Both the position numbers and the translations under genes were made by a program. A stretch of 63,920 nucleotides of DNA, the filler included, from Chiloscyllium plagiosum (lineage: Eukaryota), in NCBI RefSeq assembly GCF_004010195.1. It is 4 parts of one record of this genome, joined end to end, with 100 filler letters (N's around TTAATTAATTAA, not from the genome) between each part and the next. Parts side by side here need not be neighbours in the genome. Positions count along the whole stretch, not along the records: positions 1 to 28,562 come from NC_057717.1; positions 28,663 to 46,929 come from NC_057717.1; 2 more parts are not named here. One strand, given 5' to 3'. Positions 23,330 through 37,100 of this stretch are shown piece after piece (the stretch's first letter is position 1; each line of letters starts with the position of its first letter). The notes below the pieces were generated by a model. The model had not been told where the DNA came from. It searched no databases and saw nothing but the letters and a program-made list of their open reading frames with translations.

Positions 23330-24870
23330 ATAGATGGTGTGGGACGTGTGTGGGTAGAATTGAGGAACCGCAAAGGTGAAAAATCATAGTTGGAGTTATG
23401 TACAGGTCTACAAATCATAGTCAGGAGCTGGGGCGGAGAAAACATCAGGAAGTAAAAAAGATGTGTAGGAAAGGCAAAGTTAGAATGATTGGGGGATTTC
23501 AATATGGAGGTGGACTGGGAAAATCAGTGTAGTGGTTTGCAAGGAAAGGAATTTGTGGAATGTCTATGAGGTGGCTTTTTGGAGCAGCTTACGGTGCAGG
23601 CAACGAGGGAATGGACAATATGGATTTAGAGTTGTGCAGTGAGGCAGACATGATAAGGGAGGGTGAAGGAACGTTTACCAAGGATGACTGGGAAATTCAT
23701 GGTTCGCGTAAAAGCAAAAGATAAAGCAGATAACATGGCAAATGGCATTGGGAAACCAGAGGATTTGGAAGCTCATAACAAAGAAGAGAGGGCAAGAAAA
23801 TAAGAAATAAGTAGGGCGAAGATTAAATTTGAGGGTAAGCTATCCAATGCTATACAGGACGGCTGTAAGAGTTTCTCTAGATATATAAAGGGCAAAAGAA
23901 GCGTAAAAGGTGATATTGTGGCACTGGAAAATTATGCTGGAGAGATAGTAGTGTGGAGCAAAGAATATATGAGAAACTGAATAATTATTTCACGTCAGAT
24001 TTCACGGCGGAAGACATGAATAATATCCTTAAAATTCAAGAGAGTGAGGGGGCCCAGCTGATTTGGAGAAGTTAAAAACAAAATGGTTAAGCAAACCGGA
24101 TGGAGATATTAATGGTGTACGTTCAGGAATCTAGAATCAGGGAGGTTCACAGACGACGACAAAATTGCGAACGTGACACCCTGTTTAAAAAACGAATAAA
24201 GCAAAAGACAGAAAAATACAAACTGATTAGCCTAACCTCGGTCGTGGGGACGTTCCTGGAATCCATTGTGCGGGATGAGATTTCTGAATACTTGCAACCC
24301 TATGGTAAAATAGGGGAAAGTCAATATGGTTTCATCAAGGGGAGGTCATGTTAATGAATCTGTTAGAATTCGGTGAGGATGGAACAAGCAGGTTAGACCA
24401 AGGAGAGCTAATGGATACTATGTATCTGGACTTTGACAAGGTGCCGCACAGGAGGCTGCTGAGTAAGATAAGGGCCCACGGTGCCAGAGACAAGGTACTA
24501 GCGTGTCTAGAAGCTTGGCTGACTGGCAGAAAGTAGAGAGTGGGGTCAAAGGGTCCTTCTCAGAATTGCAGCTGATGAACACTGGTTTTCCATAAGACTG
24601 TGTTGGGTCGATAAGTAACTTTCTTACTTTGTACAGTAACGATCTAGATGAAGGAACTGAGGGCATTCTGGCTAGGTTTTTAGGTGATACAAAGATGGAT
24701 AGAGGGACAGGTAGTTTTGAGGAGCCAGGGACGTTGCAGAAAGATTTAGGAGCGTGGACAAAGAAGTGACAGCTGGAGTACAACTTGGCGTAGTGTGAAG
24801 TGATGCACTTTGTGAGGGGGGAGAGAGGCATGGATTAATTTTAAAATGGGGAGAAAATGCAGAATTCTGA
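23330..24870 (+). mobile_element. CR1 LINE ORF2 fragment (endonuclease to RT)
   Basis: GDFN remnant at ~23490; KYKLISLTSVVGTFLESIVRD, SQYGFIKGRSC, YLDFDKVPHRRLL and DDTK-like motifs. Confidence 0.85.
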
Positions 24871-25784
24871 AGGCCAATTCTGAAGGCCAATTCACAAACA
24901 TGACAAACACCTGATTATTATTCAGATCAGTAAGCCCATCCCTTTGCAATCATTAAAAATGAATTCCAAAAGTCCTGAATTCGGGTACAGTGCCACTGGA
25001 CCTCACAGCTGCCTGTGGCACTCAGTGAGACACTGGCCTGCTCCTGAATCTGTCCAGAGAGTTTCCAAGCTGGGTGAGGGCAACCATTCAAACATTCCCT
25101 CACAGAGAATCATTTGGAATCCAACTTCAGCAGCAGGAAACTAACCAACAGGCTATCACTGCTCTCAGTGTAGGTACAAATGCTGTCTAAATTAGATACA
25201 AATGACTGACCAGGAACCAGGTGTAACAAATTCATCCTCAGTCAGAGCCTGGCTGGAGCAGATGTATGGACATGGAGTGTCAGAATCACACCCACAAATA
25301 GTTATGGTGATGACATCTGGCATGTCCCCCAAGACCACATATACCTGCACCCTGGACCAGACCTGTTGAAAATGTTCACATTTGACAGTCTTCTGCAGCA
25401 TCTTGTGTCTCACAGTGAATTCTCTGAAGCTTTATCCACTAAATGTACCTTCACATTCACCAGTATCAAAGTAAAAATGTACATGTCTGTGGATGGTCAA
25501 ATATTAATACATGGTCACCTAACAGAACGTATCTGAAGAAACCAGTAGCACACGGCAAGCAAAGAATCACTTTAATAACTGAACTTGGTAGATTTTGGCT
25601 GGTCTACGAAACCACACATATTGTGCTGACATTCTGGTGACTGTAATCATGCACACCAAAACTGGAAGTCTTGGCCTAATACCCCTCCCCAGCTTCTTGA
25701 CCTCACACACCTAACTCCCTCGCACACCTCACTCACTCGCACATTTGGAAACTGATGAGAATCCACAAACTGAGTGAAACCTGG

Positions 25785-27330
25785 AATATAGAACAGTACG
25801 GCACAGTAAGAGCCCTTCAGCCCTCAATGTTTTGCCAGCCTTTTATCCTACTCTAAGATCAGGCTAATCTACATAACCTTCAATGCACTAACTTCCATGT
25901 GCCTATCCAAGAGTCTTCTTAACTATCCCTAATGTATCTGACTTTACTACCACCACTGGCGGTGCATTCCGCCCCCACCACTCTCTGTGTAAAGAACCTA
26001 CCTCTGACATCCCCCGATACCTTCCTCCAATCACTTTAAAATTATGCCCTTTCGTGATAGCCATTTCTGCCCGCGAAAAAGACTCTGGCTATCCACTCTA
26101 GGTCTCTCAACATTGTGTACACCTCTATCAAGTCACCTGTCATTCTTCTTCGCTCCAGGGAGAAAAGCCCTGGCTCCCTCAAACTTTCTTCCTAAGGCAT
26201 GTCCTCCAGTCCTGGTAGCATCCTGGTAAATCTCCTCTACACACTCTCTGAGGCTTCCACAAGTTTCTTATAATGAGGCTACCAAATCTGAACACAATAT
26301 TCCAAGCGTGGTTGAACCACAGCTTTATAGAGATAAGCATTAACCTCGCTGCTTTTAAACTGAATCCCCCATAACGAAAGCCATACGCCTTCTTAACAAC
26401 CCTATTAACCTGGTTGGCAACTTTGAGGGATCCATGGGCATCGACCCGAAGATTCCTCTGTTGCTCCACATTGCCAAGAATTCTGCCTTTAACCCAGTAA
26501 TCTGCATACAAATGCAACCTTCCAAAATAAATCGCTTCACAGTTTTTAAGGTTGATTTCTATTTGCCACATATCAGCCCAGCTCTGCATCCTGTCACTGT
26601 CCCATTGCAAACTACAACAGCCCTCCACACGATACACAACTCCACCAACATTCGTGTCATCGGCAAACTTACTAATCCACCATTCCAATACCTCATCTAA
26701 GTCATTTATAAAAATCACAAATTGCACATGTCCCAGAGCCAATCCCTGTGGAACACCACTAGTCACTGAGCTCCAAGCTGTATACTTTCCATCTGCTACC
26801 ACCCTCTGTCTTCCATGGACCAGCCAAGTCCATATACAAGCAGACAGATTTCCCTGCGTCCCATGCCTGCTTACCTTCTGAATGAGCGTACAATGGGGGA
26901 ACCTTATCAAATGCCTTGCTAAAATTCTTGCTCACCACATCTACTTGACTACCTTCATCAACGTGTTGTTTATATCTTCAAAGAATTCAGTAAGGTTTCT
27001 GAGGGATAACCTGCCCCTCACAAAGCCATGCTGACTCTCTCTAATCAAACGATGGTTTTCTGAGTATTTATAAATCCTGTCTCTCAGAATTGTCTCAGTA
27101 TTTTGCCCACCACTAATGTAATCTGACTGTTCGGTAATTCCTAGGGTTATCCCTGTTCCCTTTCCTGAACAAGGGAATGACATTTGCCACCCTCCAATCA
27201 TCGGGCACTACTTAGGTGGACAGTGAGGACGCAAATATGATCACCAAAGGCACACCAATCTCTTCCATTACTTCCTGGAGTAACCTCCTGTGTACTGGCT
27301 CAAGGGATTTATCTATCTTTATGTTTTTAC
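25785..27330 (-). mobile_element. CR1 LINE RT to 3' end
   Basis: ORF 26179..26910 with VTSGVPQG, FVIFINDLD, ISKFADDT; SQHGFVRGR upstream; CR1 tail at ~25790. Confidence 0.92.
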
Positions 27331-27389
27331 TTCGATCAGTCTGTACTTCCCCTCAATATTCCCCTCACGCTGGGAATATTATCAGACAG

Positions 27390-27730
27390 ACTGATGTGAT
27401 AAAGGAATGAGTTGACATGTGGAGGTCTGACATTTTTGCCATTACAGAGACGTGTTTGAGGAAGGTCAGGGCGAACAACTCAATACTCTGACGTACTGGA
27501 ACTATAGGCAGGGCAGGAGAGGGTGTTAAAGAGGAGGTGGTGTTGCAATATTAATTAAGGAGTCAGTTAATGCAGTAAGGAGGGACGATATCTTGGAAGT
27601 GTCTTCAAATGCGGCATTGTGGGTCGAATATAGGATCAGAACAATGACAGATACACTGCTGGCGATGTTATTTTGACGCCCCAGAAAGATGAAAACACAG
27701 GCGCACATATATATCTAATTCACTGAGCTG
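27390..27730 (+). mobile_element. CR1 endonuclease fragment
   Basis: gccattacagagacgtg (AITETW-like) and agaggaggtggtgttgcaatattaattaag (RGGGVA.LI). Confidence 0.65.
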
Positions 27731-27731
27731 T

Positions 27732-28562
27732 CGAGGAAAGCAAGGCCAGGTATGTTACAGGAGAGGAAAGCAAGGCTGGATATGTTGCAGAGAGAGGAAA
27801 GCAAGGCCAGCAATGATACAGAGAGAGGAAAGCAAGGCTCTCGATGTCACAGCGACAGGAAAGCAAGGCTGAAGATGTTACAGAGAGGGGAAAGCAAGTC
27901 TGGAGATGTTACAGTGATAGGAAAGCAAGGTTGGCGATGTTACAAACATAGGAAAGCTAGACAGGAGATGCTACAGACATGGGAAAGCACGGCTTGAGAT
28001 GTTACAGAGAGGAAAGCAAGGCTGGATATGTTACAGACATAGGAAAGCAAGGCTGGAGGTTTTACAGAGCTAGGAAAGCAATAGTCTCGATATTACAGAC
28101 AGAAGAAAGCAATCGTGGAAAAGTTACAGAGCTAGTAATGCAAGGCTGGAGATAGTAAAGAGATATGAAAGCAAGACTGGATATGTTGCAGACAGAGGAA
28201 ATCAAGGATGGAGATGTGAAAGAGATAGGAAAGCAAGACTGGAGATATTAGAGAGAGGGAGGAATGCAAGGCTGGAGAGGTTACAAAGAGGGAGGAAAGC
28301 AAGGCTGGAGATGTTACAGAGAGAGGAACGCAAGGGTGGAGATGTTACAGCTATAGGAATGCAAGGCTAGAGATGTTACAGATATGGGAAAGCAAGACTG
28401 TAGATGGTACAGAGATAGCAAAGCAAGGCTGGAGTTGTCACATAGACGGAAAAGCAAGGCTGGACATCTTACAGGTAAAGGAAAACAAGGCTGGAGATGT
28501 TACAGATGCAGGAATGCAAGGCTGGAGATGTTACTGAGAGAGGAAAGCAAGGCTGGAGATGT
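27732..28562. repeat. ~31-bp minisatellite (GGAAAGCAAGGCTGGAGATGTTACAGAGATA), running into the scaffold end
   Basis: Roughly 27 diverged tandem units with a 30-33 bp period. Confidence 0.95.
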
Positions 28563-28662
28563 NNNNNNNNNNNNNNNNNNNNNNNNNNNNNNNNNNNNNN
28601 NNNNNNTTAATTAATTAANNNNNNNNNNNNNNNNNNNNNNNNNNNNNNNNNNNNNNNNNNNN
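28563..28662. other. Artificial scaffold linker N44-TTAATTAATTAA-N44
   Basis: Exactly 100 bp with a six-frame-stop 12-mer at 28607-28618; identical structure at two other sites. Confidence 0.95.
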
Positions 28663-28779
28663 TGCTGAGGGTCTCTCCCCGGGTCAAGCTTCCAATCTGA
28701 CACATTCTGCAAAACCAATTAACTGATTTTAATTCAATTGTTTAATTCATCAGAATCGTTTTCCTTGAGTAATACCATC

Positions 28780-29160
28780 TTCTGTGTTTAAAATAAATGT
28801 CTTTCCCTCTGTTTCTCTCTTTGATCATGACTAAAAGCTCTGCCGTGTCAGTGATACCAGCCTTATATACTTTCAGAGCCAATGTATTCTCTGGATTCTC
28901 AATCATCTTCACCACATTGCATGCTTTCTCTTTTGGTTTGATACCTCATCACTCATGGATGCCTCATCACTCATGGCTGCCTCATCCTCCAATGAGTATG
29001 TATCATCTCCTTTGGGATGAATTTCTGATATCCTCCGAATTATCCCCAGAAACTCCTGCCATTGCTGCTCCATGGTCTTTCCTGCACGGTTCCGCTTCCA
29101 ATTAACTCTGGCCAGCTCCTCCCACATGTCATTGTAGTTACATTGTTCAATTATAATCAC
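28780..29160 (-). mobile_element. CR1 ORF2 fragment
   Basis: MWEELARVNW...KTMEQQWQEF (ORF 28909..29160), typical of the CR1 endonuclease-RT linker. Confidence 0.65.
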
Positions 29161-29819
29161 ATTACATCAAGAAGAGAGCAATAGATATAAACCAAATAAG
29201 GAGTTTTGAGAGAAGGGATGTGAAGAATATTTGGTAAATTTCTTCACTAGATAGAAAGAGAGAACGAGAGAGAGGATATAGATGAGGAAATGTGAAAAAT
29301 GAGAAAAGTTGATTATTGAAAGGTTTAGATGCGCATCCCTCAATGTTTTGGCAATGCCTGTGTGCTGTGGTCCTTTGTATAGCGAATGTACAACAGAGCA
29401 ATGTGTTCAAAGGCTGGGTCTGATGGCAGAATTTTTATCTCCAATAATATGACAGACACTCACTTTGGAAAGAACCCAGCAGCCAATATATCGAAGTCCC
29501 GGTAGAAAGGGGATTAAATGAAATACGTTGGGACACCAGAAGCAATAAATTATAACACACATCCTGATAAGAATGTGAGATTAGAGTCGAAAATTCCAGA
29601 AAAGGAGGGATCATTGAGAGAAGGGGAACATATCACATTACGTGAGCATCAAGTAATGTTTCAGAAATTTTATACATCATGTGCATTATTTTTTGATAAC
29701 TGTGTCTCCGTTGTTCATTTAGACTGTTGTGCACATATGAAAAATGTTTCTTATCTGCACACACACATTGATTAAATAGTATATATAAAATCATTTTTCC
29801 GCCATTGAAATGGTCCTGT

Positions 29820-30212
29820 TGTCGTATTACCAGGATACATGAACAACAACTGGCCACCAAAAGACCCGACCCACTATCACTATGTTCCAGGCATACAGAC
29901 AAGGAAGGGAACCACTTTGATTGGGACAACACACATGCATACTAAGACATGCAAGGACGTTCTTAGAGGAATGGCATTCTAATCAGAAGTCCATCAATAG
30001 ATGTATCAATTGGGACCCTACCTACATTCTCTTCTAAAAAGAAATAGAACCGGAAATGACATCACCCACCATAAGAAACTAAGATCTATAAATATGGGGC
30101 GGGACATTGCACCAGCACTTCAGCAGAGAATCTCACTGATTATGTTACCTAGTCATAGTGCCAAAACGTCTGAAACAAGCCATCAAGCTCAGCGAGCTAA
30201 CTTGCATACATA
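29820..30212 (+). mobile_element. Penelope-like (Poseidon-type) fragment: GIY-YIG endonuclease C-terminus and terminal repeat
   Basis: Translates TRIHEQQLATKRPDPLSL..HTDKE..FDWDNT...FLEEWHS...SIN; ends in a decayed hammerhead ctgattatgttacc..gtgccaaaacgtc. Confidence 0.75.
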
Positions 30213-31930
30213 TAAATTGATATTTTTCGTTTATTCATGGTATTTGGGAATTCTCCGTCACTCATTTTTAACAGATTACGAGCAGAGGTGAGCTTTTCTG
30301 GGTGTGTGGTTTCAAATAACAGAGGGACTTGATATTGATGTCATAACAGTTTGGGGCCTTGCCATATGGTATTTGGACAGACTTGAACAGAAGTGGGATA
30401 CAAAATGTCCCAGCAAATTCCAACACGTGGCAATTAGTGACCTAGATCTTCAAATAAAACCGGTGGGAAAATTCATTTAATTTTGTTAACTTGTGGTTGG
30501 TTAAATTAATAGTGAGAGAAATGGCTTCTGACATATCTGAAGAGGTTCTCAAATTTTCCAAGAAAGATTAAAAAGACAGACGGACATATTTTTAGAATTA
30601 GCAAATAGGTTGGAATTAGGTTTAACCAGGGTCAAACGAAAAGGTGTTGTTGTAATGGAGTCGGTCAAGAACTTGGATGTGTCATAGAAACAGGCAACTG
30701 CAGTAGAGATAGAAAAAAAAAACTTAAATTGCATTCGTGGCAACTGGAGTTAGAAGATGAAAAAAGACACGGAAACAGAGAGAGAACTAAGGGAAAGAGA
30801 AAGAGAGGAAAAAGAGCAAGAGAATTTGAAATTCGGAAGTTGGGAATTAGAAAAAAGAAAATTAAATTAACAGGATGGAGATGAACGGAGAACGTAGGAC
30901 ATATACAGCTATTTTAATACATTGCCATATTTCGGTGAGAAAAAAATGTCAAAATCTGTTTTTATATCATGTGAAATAAAATGGCTCGGTAGATGGTGTG
31001 TCCAGTGAACTTGGGGCTAATGCGAGTTCAGACTAAGCTGGTGGGCACAGCTAGTGAGGTATGTGCAGCGCTGTCAGATGAGAGTTCAAGAGATTATGCA
31101 GGTGCCAAACTAGCTACTTTGAGTTGTTATGCGTTGGTACTAGAAAAATATAGACAAAGTTTAGGAAATATATAGACAAAACCAAGTCAGACTTATGTTG
31201 CATTTGAAAGAATTAAACACAGACATTTTGATAGATGGGTGCTGGGCTTAAAATGGACAAGATCTGTGAGGCCTGAAGGGAGATTATCCTGTTGGAGAAG
31301 TTTAAAGTCTCTCTTCCAGAGATGGTCAGAATTCATGTGACTGAACAGAAAGTTCAACAAGTGAGAAGCGAGGCAGAAATGGCAGGTAAATACACGTTAG
31401 TGCATGAGATGAAATTTTGGTTCTGGCAGGATTTCCATCCTGTTCGGGATATAATTTGGGAGAAGGGGCGATCCTATACTCCAAAGCGAACAATAGAGCA
31501 CACTGGCAATACTTTACCACAGGTGAAAAAATAAGCCCAATGGGGCTGAAATGTGATGGAAGGCCTCAGGTATTTTCAGTGGAACACATAAAATTACAGT
31601 GCTGATGGTTTAAGAAGGGCATGGGAAAGAGGAGTTTTCACTGCAGTAATCTCCGACACACAGTGCCGGGGGTTGAGGGAAGACAATTTGGAAAAAGACG
31701 TGTAGAAGAGGCAAAGCCAGTGACATTAGTGAAACTGGTAAAGGAGACCCCAAGTGGAGCCGAAGAGCTGCAGGAGAGTATACAGCCGAGGCAGGGGCTG
31801 GGTATAGAGGCAGTGCCTGATTTTTATAAAGAATTCACCTCTGTGGATAGAGTTTACTCAGAAAGAACAGGGGGAGAAGAACAAGAAGTAATGATTTTGA
31901 GATACGGGATCTGCTCAGTCTCTAATGGTT

Positions 31931-32568
31931 GAGAAGTGAGGCGCCCGAAAAGCACAACAGATCAGGCAACATCTGAAGAGCAGGAAAATCGACACATCAG
32001 GCATAAATCCATCCTCAGGAATGTGGCGGGGGGACAAGGGGGCTGAAAGATAAATAGTAGGGTAGGAGCTGGGCTGGCGGGGGGTCACTGGGAAGGCGGT
32101 AGGAAGCTGTAGGTGGGAGTGACAGTGATATGTCGGAAGGTAGGGTGATCTGGATAGGTGGGAAGGGAGATGGACAATTAAGACAATGCAAGAGGGTGGT
32201 GCTAAATTCAACGGTTGGATCTGGGATGAGGTTGGGGAGGGGAGATTTGGAAATTGGTAAAGTCCATGTTAATGCTGTATAGTTTGACGGTTCCAACTGT
32301 CCTAACACCTATCCACTTCACTCTCCTCTCCGACCTATCACCATCACACCCATCTGCACCTACCTATCGCCTTCCAAACTACCTCCCACCCAGCTCCACC
32401 CCCACCTCCTATTCATTTCTCAGCCACCTTCCCCTCCCTTACCTCCCACTTTCCTGATGAATGACTTGTGCCTGAAATGTTGAATCTCCTGCCCCTTGGA
32501 TGCTGTACTTTTCCAGCTCCACACTTTCCAACTCTGATTTCCAGCATCTGCAGTCCTCACTTTCTCTC
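31931..32568. mobile_element. Inverted (tail-to-tail) PLE insertion inside the Gypsy protease
   Basis: Left arm (minus, ~31931-32293) and right arm (plus, ~32294-32568) each end in the PLE tail; decayed hammerhead cctgatgaatgacttgtgcctgaaatgttg. Confidence 0.8.
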
Positions 32569-35314
32569 GGCCTCTATTAGTAAGAGATGGAAGTATTTTC
32601 ACACTTTCTGGCATGTCACTCAAGAGCGTGATAATTTTTGGAATTTTGACAGAAATTAAGCATTCACTTGTGTAACATCAGGTTGGAATGCCAAATCAAG
32701 GTTAGGGAAGTAACCGTGAGAGTGAGTGACGGAGTGTCAATTCCAGGATTACTGTTTGTTCTTAGGAACGATTTAGCAGAATTCAAGGTGGGAGAAACAA
32801 CCCTTGTGTTGGAGAAGTCAAAAGGAGACGAGGGAAATAGGAAGTTAAAAGAAAAATACCCAGGCATTTTTGCAGACTGTGTACTAACAAGATCCCACTG
32901 TCATAGGTTACAGCAGGAAGGTAAAACAAAAGAAAAAGCCAAAGGAGTTGATGCACAGTTAACTGACACCCTGTGTGAGGTAACGATGCCGGAAACAAAA
33001 CCTGAGCAGGCAGAGGGTCAGTGTTTAGTCCTGATAGGCTAATAGACTCAGTGTTTAGTCCTGATAGGCTAATAGACTTACAACGGATTTATATACACAC
33101 ACAAACACAAACGTACACCTGCACGCACACAGAAAGGAAATCAGAATATATTATAGAACGCCCTTAATTTAAAGATAGAATCCTAAAATTAAAATGGCGA
33201 CCACGACAGGTTAGTGCAGAAGGGAAATGGGCCGAAGTGCATCAGATTGTGTTACTGAAAGCATACAATGTTACAGGAAGCACATGAACTAACTGCAAGC
33301 AGTCACGTAGGTATACAGAGACTCAAGCTAAGCTACAGAATCATTTATAGTGGCCTGGAATGCACAATGACGTAGTTATTTTTGTTTTACATGTCGTACA
33401 TACCAAATGGTAGGTAAGTCATAGGCAGTAATAAAACCAGGACCTTTGTTGGCAATTCTTGCCTTCAAAGAATCTTTCACGTGGTTTATGATTAATTGTG
33501 TAACTCCCCTTTCTAAAATAAAAATGGAAACCAATATTTCCTGACCATAATGGATGTGTCTCCCAGATTTCCAGACGCAATTTATTACGGAGTTCTAAAG
33601 CAAAAAGGGAGGTGGAGGAGTTGGTAGCTTTCTTGTTTCGCTGAGGACTGCCCAGAGAGATTCAGTCAGACCAAGAGTCTCATTTTAAAGCTCGGCTATT
33701 TACGGATGTCATGGATAGGTCAGGCATACAGCACTTCAATCAAGGGCGTCCCATCCTGAATCCCAGGGAGCCTTGGAAAGTTAGCATCAGACACTGAAGA
33801 CCATGTTAACAGTGTACCGTCAGGATTACCCAAATTATGGGGATAAAAGTGCCCCACTAAATTGTTTGCCATTAGAGATGTCCCTTATAAATCTATTCAG
33901 TTTACTTCCTTTGAGTTAATATTCGTACATGAAGTGAGATCTCCTTTGAAGTTAGTTAAATATTAATTGACAAGACCAAAGTCGGAGCTCTCACAATTGG
34001 ATTATGTCCGTGAGGTGAGGGAGTGATTAGATGGAGTAGGTGAGGTAGCTAAACAGCACTTGAAGAGGGCACCGCATGGAATGAAGCAGGCAGCAGATAA
34101 AAACTCTGAAACTTTGATGATTTCCCGTGGGGATGACGGATTAGTATCGCCACCAGTGGTGTGAAATCCCTTCAAAGCCAGATTAAGTGGCCCTTTCAAA
34201 TTAAAAAAAATGTTGAGTCAGTTAAACGATCTTGTAAAGATACCGGATATGGTAAAAAAAAACATTATCAAGTGTGTCATGTGAATGAATAATGCTCTAG
34301 CCACATTTAAGACTCAGGAACAGAGTTGTGGCCAGATGCACAAATTGTGCAGTTTATCTGCATGATGTAGTGATCTTTAGCAAGTGACTGAAAGCTCACA
34401 TGTTATAGCTGGCGGAGTATGTTGAACGATTACAAGAAGCAAACTTGGCAATAAACTTAAAGAAAACAGAATTTGCGAAGGCAGAGGTGACATTGTTGGG
34501 ACATTACATTGGACATGGAAGGTTGACTCCATGCAACACAAAGGCTTTGAGAATTTTCCACGACCATCCTCGAAGAAAGAGGTGCTTCGATTTTTGGAAT
34601 TGAGTGGATTCTATCGGAAGTTTGTTGCAAACTTCAGCAGCGTATTGGCAGCACTGATGGATTTACTAAGGAAAAACACAGAATTGTGGTGAACAGAACA
34701 ATGCCAGGAGGCATTTGAGAATGTTAAGGCAAGATTAATCACGGCATCAGGTTCAGCTACACCAAATATTTTGAAACGCTTCGAAAGTTGTGTTTGATGC
34801 TCAGATATAGGGCTCGGAGATGTATTGACACAGAAAGATGATGATGGAATTGAATGGCCAATTGGCTACTTGTCGAAAAAACTCAACATCCACCAGAGAA
34901 AAAAAAATACAAAATCTCCGGTATTGAAAAAGAATGATTAAGTTTCGTACTAGCCTGACAATATTTTAATGTTTATATGAAAAACAAATTGTTGGAGATG
35001 GTTGTGGACAATGACAAACCTCTCGCATTTTTTGGAATATTTAAAGACCAGGATATGAGTCTATTTCACTGGAGTCTTATGTTACCCGCTTTAAACTTAC
35101 AAAATGTACATATTGTGGATCTAAAATGTGATAGCAGATTTACAGGAAAATATTTAGATATGATTTGACTTATTCCAGTGTTATATAGCTGTGCAGAATT
35201 AATATCAACGGTATAACTGAGATTAATACTTTTGTATTTCATAATAATGGGATTAAGAATTAGAGGAAAAGGAGTGATGCCATATTTTAATTCTGATGGT
35301 TCATTTTCTTTTCT

Positions 35315-36060
35315 GAAGGAGGGAGGTGTTATGAAGCCGAAAGCATGTCTGGTCACTTTAAGACAGAACGGGTTTTGCTAAATAGAAAGTACAGCCGCAA
35401 ATGCCAGCTAAAGGTCAGGCTGTTCCACATGTCACCATTAGCTGGGAAATGGATACCAGATTTTTTTTTTGCTGTTTTGACAACAATTCAAATACAACCA
35501 AAGAGTTTAAATAACCTTTAGCAGACGAGAAGCCAACGGAATTTCGATATTATTGTTTCAACACCTGGAAAGTATGAAATTTATTGTAACATGGAAAGTA
35601 TATAAAGCTAGGATTTTGAACACTAGAGGGAGAACCGCTGCCATCCACCAGTAGAGTAACTGCTGTCGAGCAGGAGTGCTAACTGACCATCTCAAACACT
35701 CTCTATCAAAGATACATGTGAATGTCAAACCTGCTTGCAGTAAAAAAAAAAGGCCCAGGGAGACCAGCAACTGGAAGAGTGAACGCAGCGGGGAAGATAG
35801 AGACTGTGTGGTCTTGTTGGAACAGCATACTTTTACAGGGTTGGTGTCAGATAGTAAGTAGTTAAGAAAAGAAGAGCTTGTATTTGTGAATAGTTTTTAT
35901 TTAGCGTTCACTATTAAAGTTAAGAAACCAACTTGTTTTTTTTTTAAATAGTGGAATGTGAGAGATCTGTGTGCCTCACATTTTAACAGATTACGATGTG
36001 AGGCGAGTTTTTCTGGGTATTCAGTTTAATTAACAGAGGGGTTCAACTCCACCTTGTAAA
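35315..36060 (+). mobile_element. Polypurine tract (35315-35326) and 3' LTR (35327-~36060)
   Basis: GAAGGAGGGAGG directly before TGTTATG; the end ttttaacagattacga...ttttctgggt...taacagaggg matches the 5' LTR remnant at 30260-30348. Confidence 0.8.
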
Positions 36061-37100
36061 TGTCCATCCACGCTAACCCAATTTCCCTGCAGTTGGCCCA
36101 TATCTTTCTAGCCCTTTCCTATCCACATATTTATCCAAATGCATTTGAAATGTTGCTAATGCACCCCACTCAACCTCATCTGCTGGCAGCTCATTCACTA
36201 CCAGCCTTCTCAGGTTCCCTTTTATTCCCTCCCTTCTCAACGTAAACTGATCCCTCTAGTCCACAATTCTCTAAACCTTGGAAAATGACTGAGAGCATTC
36301 ACCCTATCCATACCACTTATGATCTTATACAGCTCTGTAAGGTCCCCCCTCAGTGTCCTACACTCTAAAGCAAAGGTCCGAGCTTGTCCAACCTCAATCT
36401 ATAACTTCGACCTTTGGGTCTTGGCAACATCCATGGGAATTTCTTCTGTGCTCTTACTGAATTCATAAAATTGTCCCTATTACAAAGTGACAAAAACTGA
36501 ACAGAATACTCCAAGTGCGGCCTTACCAAAGTCCTGTATAACTGCAACATAAATTCCCAACTTCTATACTCAATGCCCTGCCTGATGAAGGCCAGTGTGC
36601 CAAATGCCTTTTTCACTGCCCTGTCTACCTGTGACTCGGAACCTTCCAGAGCATGTGGAAACTTATCAAAGGCCTTACTGAAACCCATAGAGACCACGTT
36701 TACCGTTCGGCCCTCAACAACCTTCTTGGTCACTTCATCAACGAATTCTAACAAATTTGGGGACAATGATCTCCAACTCACAAGTCTATGTTGACTGCTC
36801 CGAATCAAACCCTGTATCAGTAATGGGTGCAGTCAACGGTATGCTCTCCTTCATAGTTAGATGATTCAAGTTCGTAAGTAATTCCATCTTCCTGCTGTTG
36901 TAGATCCTTGCTGAGAGAGTGGCTGGGACACTCTCTGCAGATTTGATCTCCGTTGTAAGGAATGATCTCCTTACCACAGACGCAAATGATTGTATCACGA
37001 GGATGTAGTGTATAAGCTGAGTGTTTAATCAGTAGAGCTGTGAGAGATGAAGAGATGGTGACGCTAAACAGGAGGAGTAGAGCGATCATTTACTTCCATA
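36061..37100 (-). mobile_element. CR1 RT/3' fragment joined to an ORF1-like fragment
   Basis: ORF 36365..36808 with FSKAFDK and LYRTLVRPHLEYSVQF; DQICREC..ELE..EGE (36817..37089) resembles the CR1 ORF1 N-terminus. Confidence 0.75.

Larger units (their letters stand above)
30220..36060 (+). mobile_element. Degenerate Gmr1-like Gypsy LTR retrotransposon (5' LTR remnant to 30348, gag from 30521, PR ~31900, IN ~33150-34290, partly deleted RT, RNase H, PPT, 3' LTR)
   Basis: gag VQTKLVGTASEV..ALSDE..DY..LSCYALV.EKYRQ; PR ILRY(D)G..QS; IN HPESQGALE.HQTLKTML and a GPF motif; RT YL(H)DVVIFS; RNase H VL.QKDDDG.EWPIGYLSKKL. IN precedes RT. Confidence 0.9.

Noticed and set aside
27732..28562. Regular ~31-bp repeats considered as a CRISPR array
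   Set aside because: Units are directly tandem with no unique spacers, there are no cas genes, and the context is eukaryotic.
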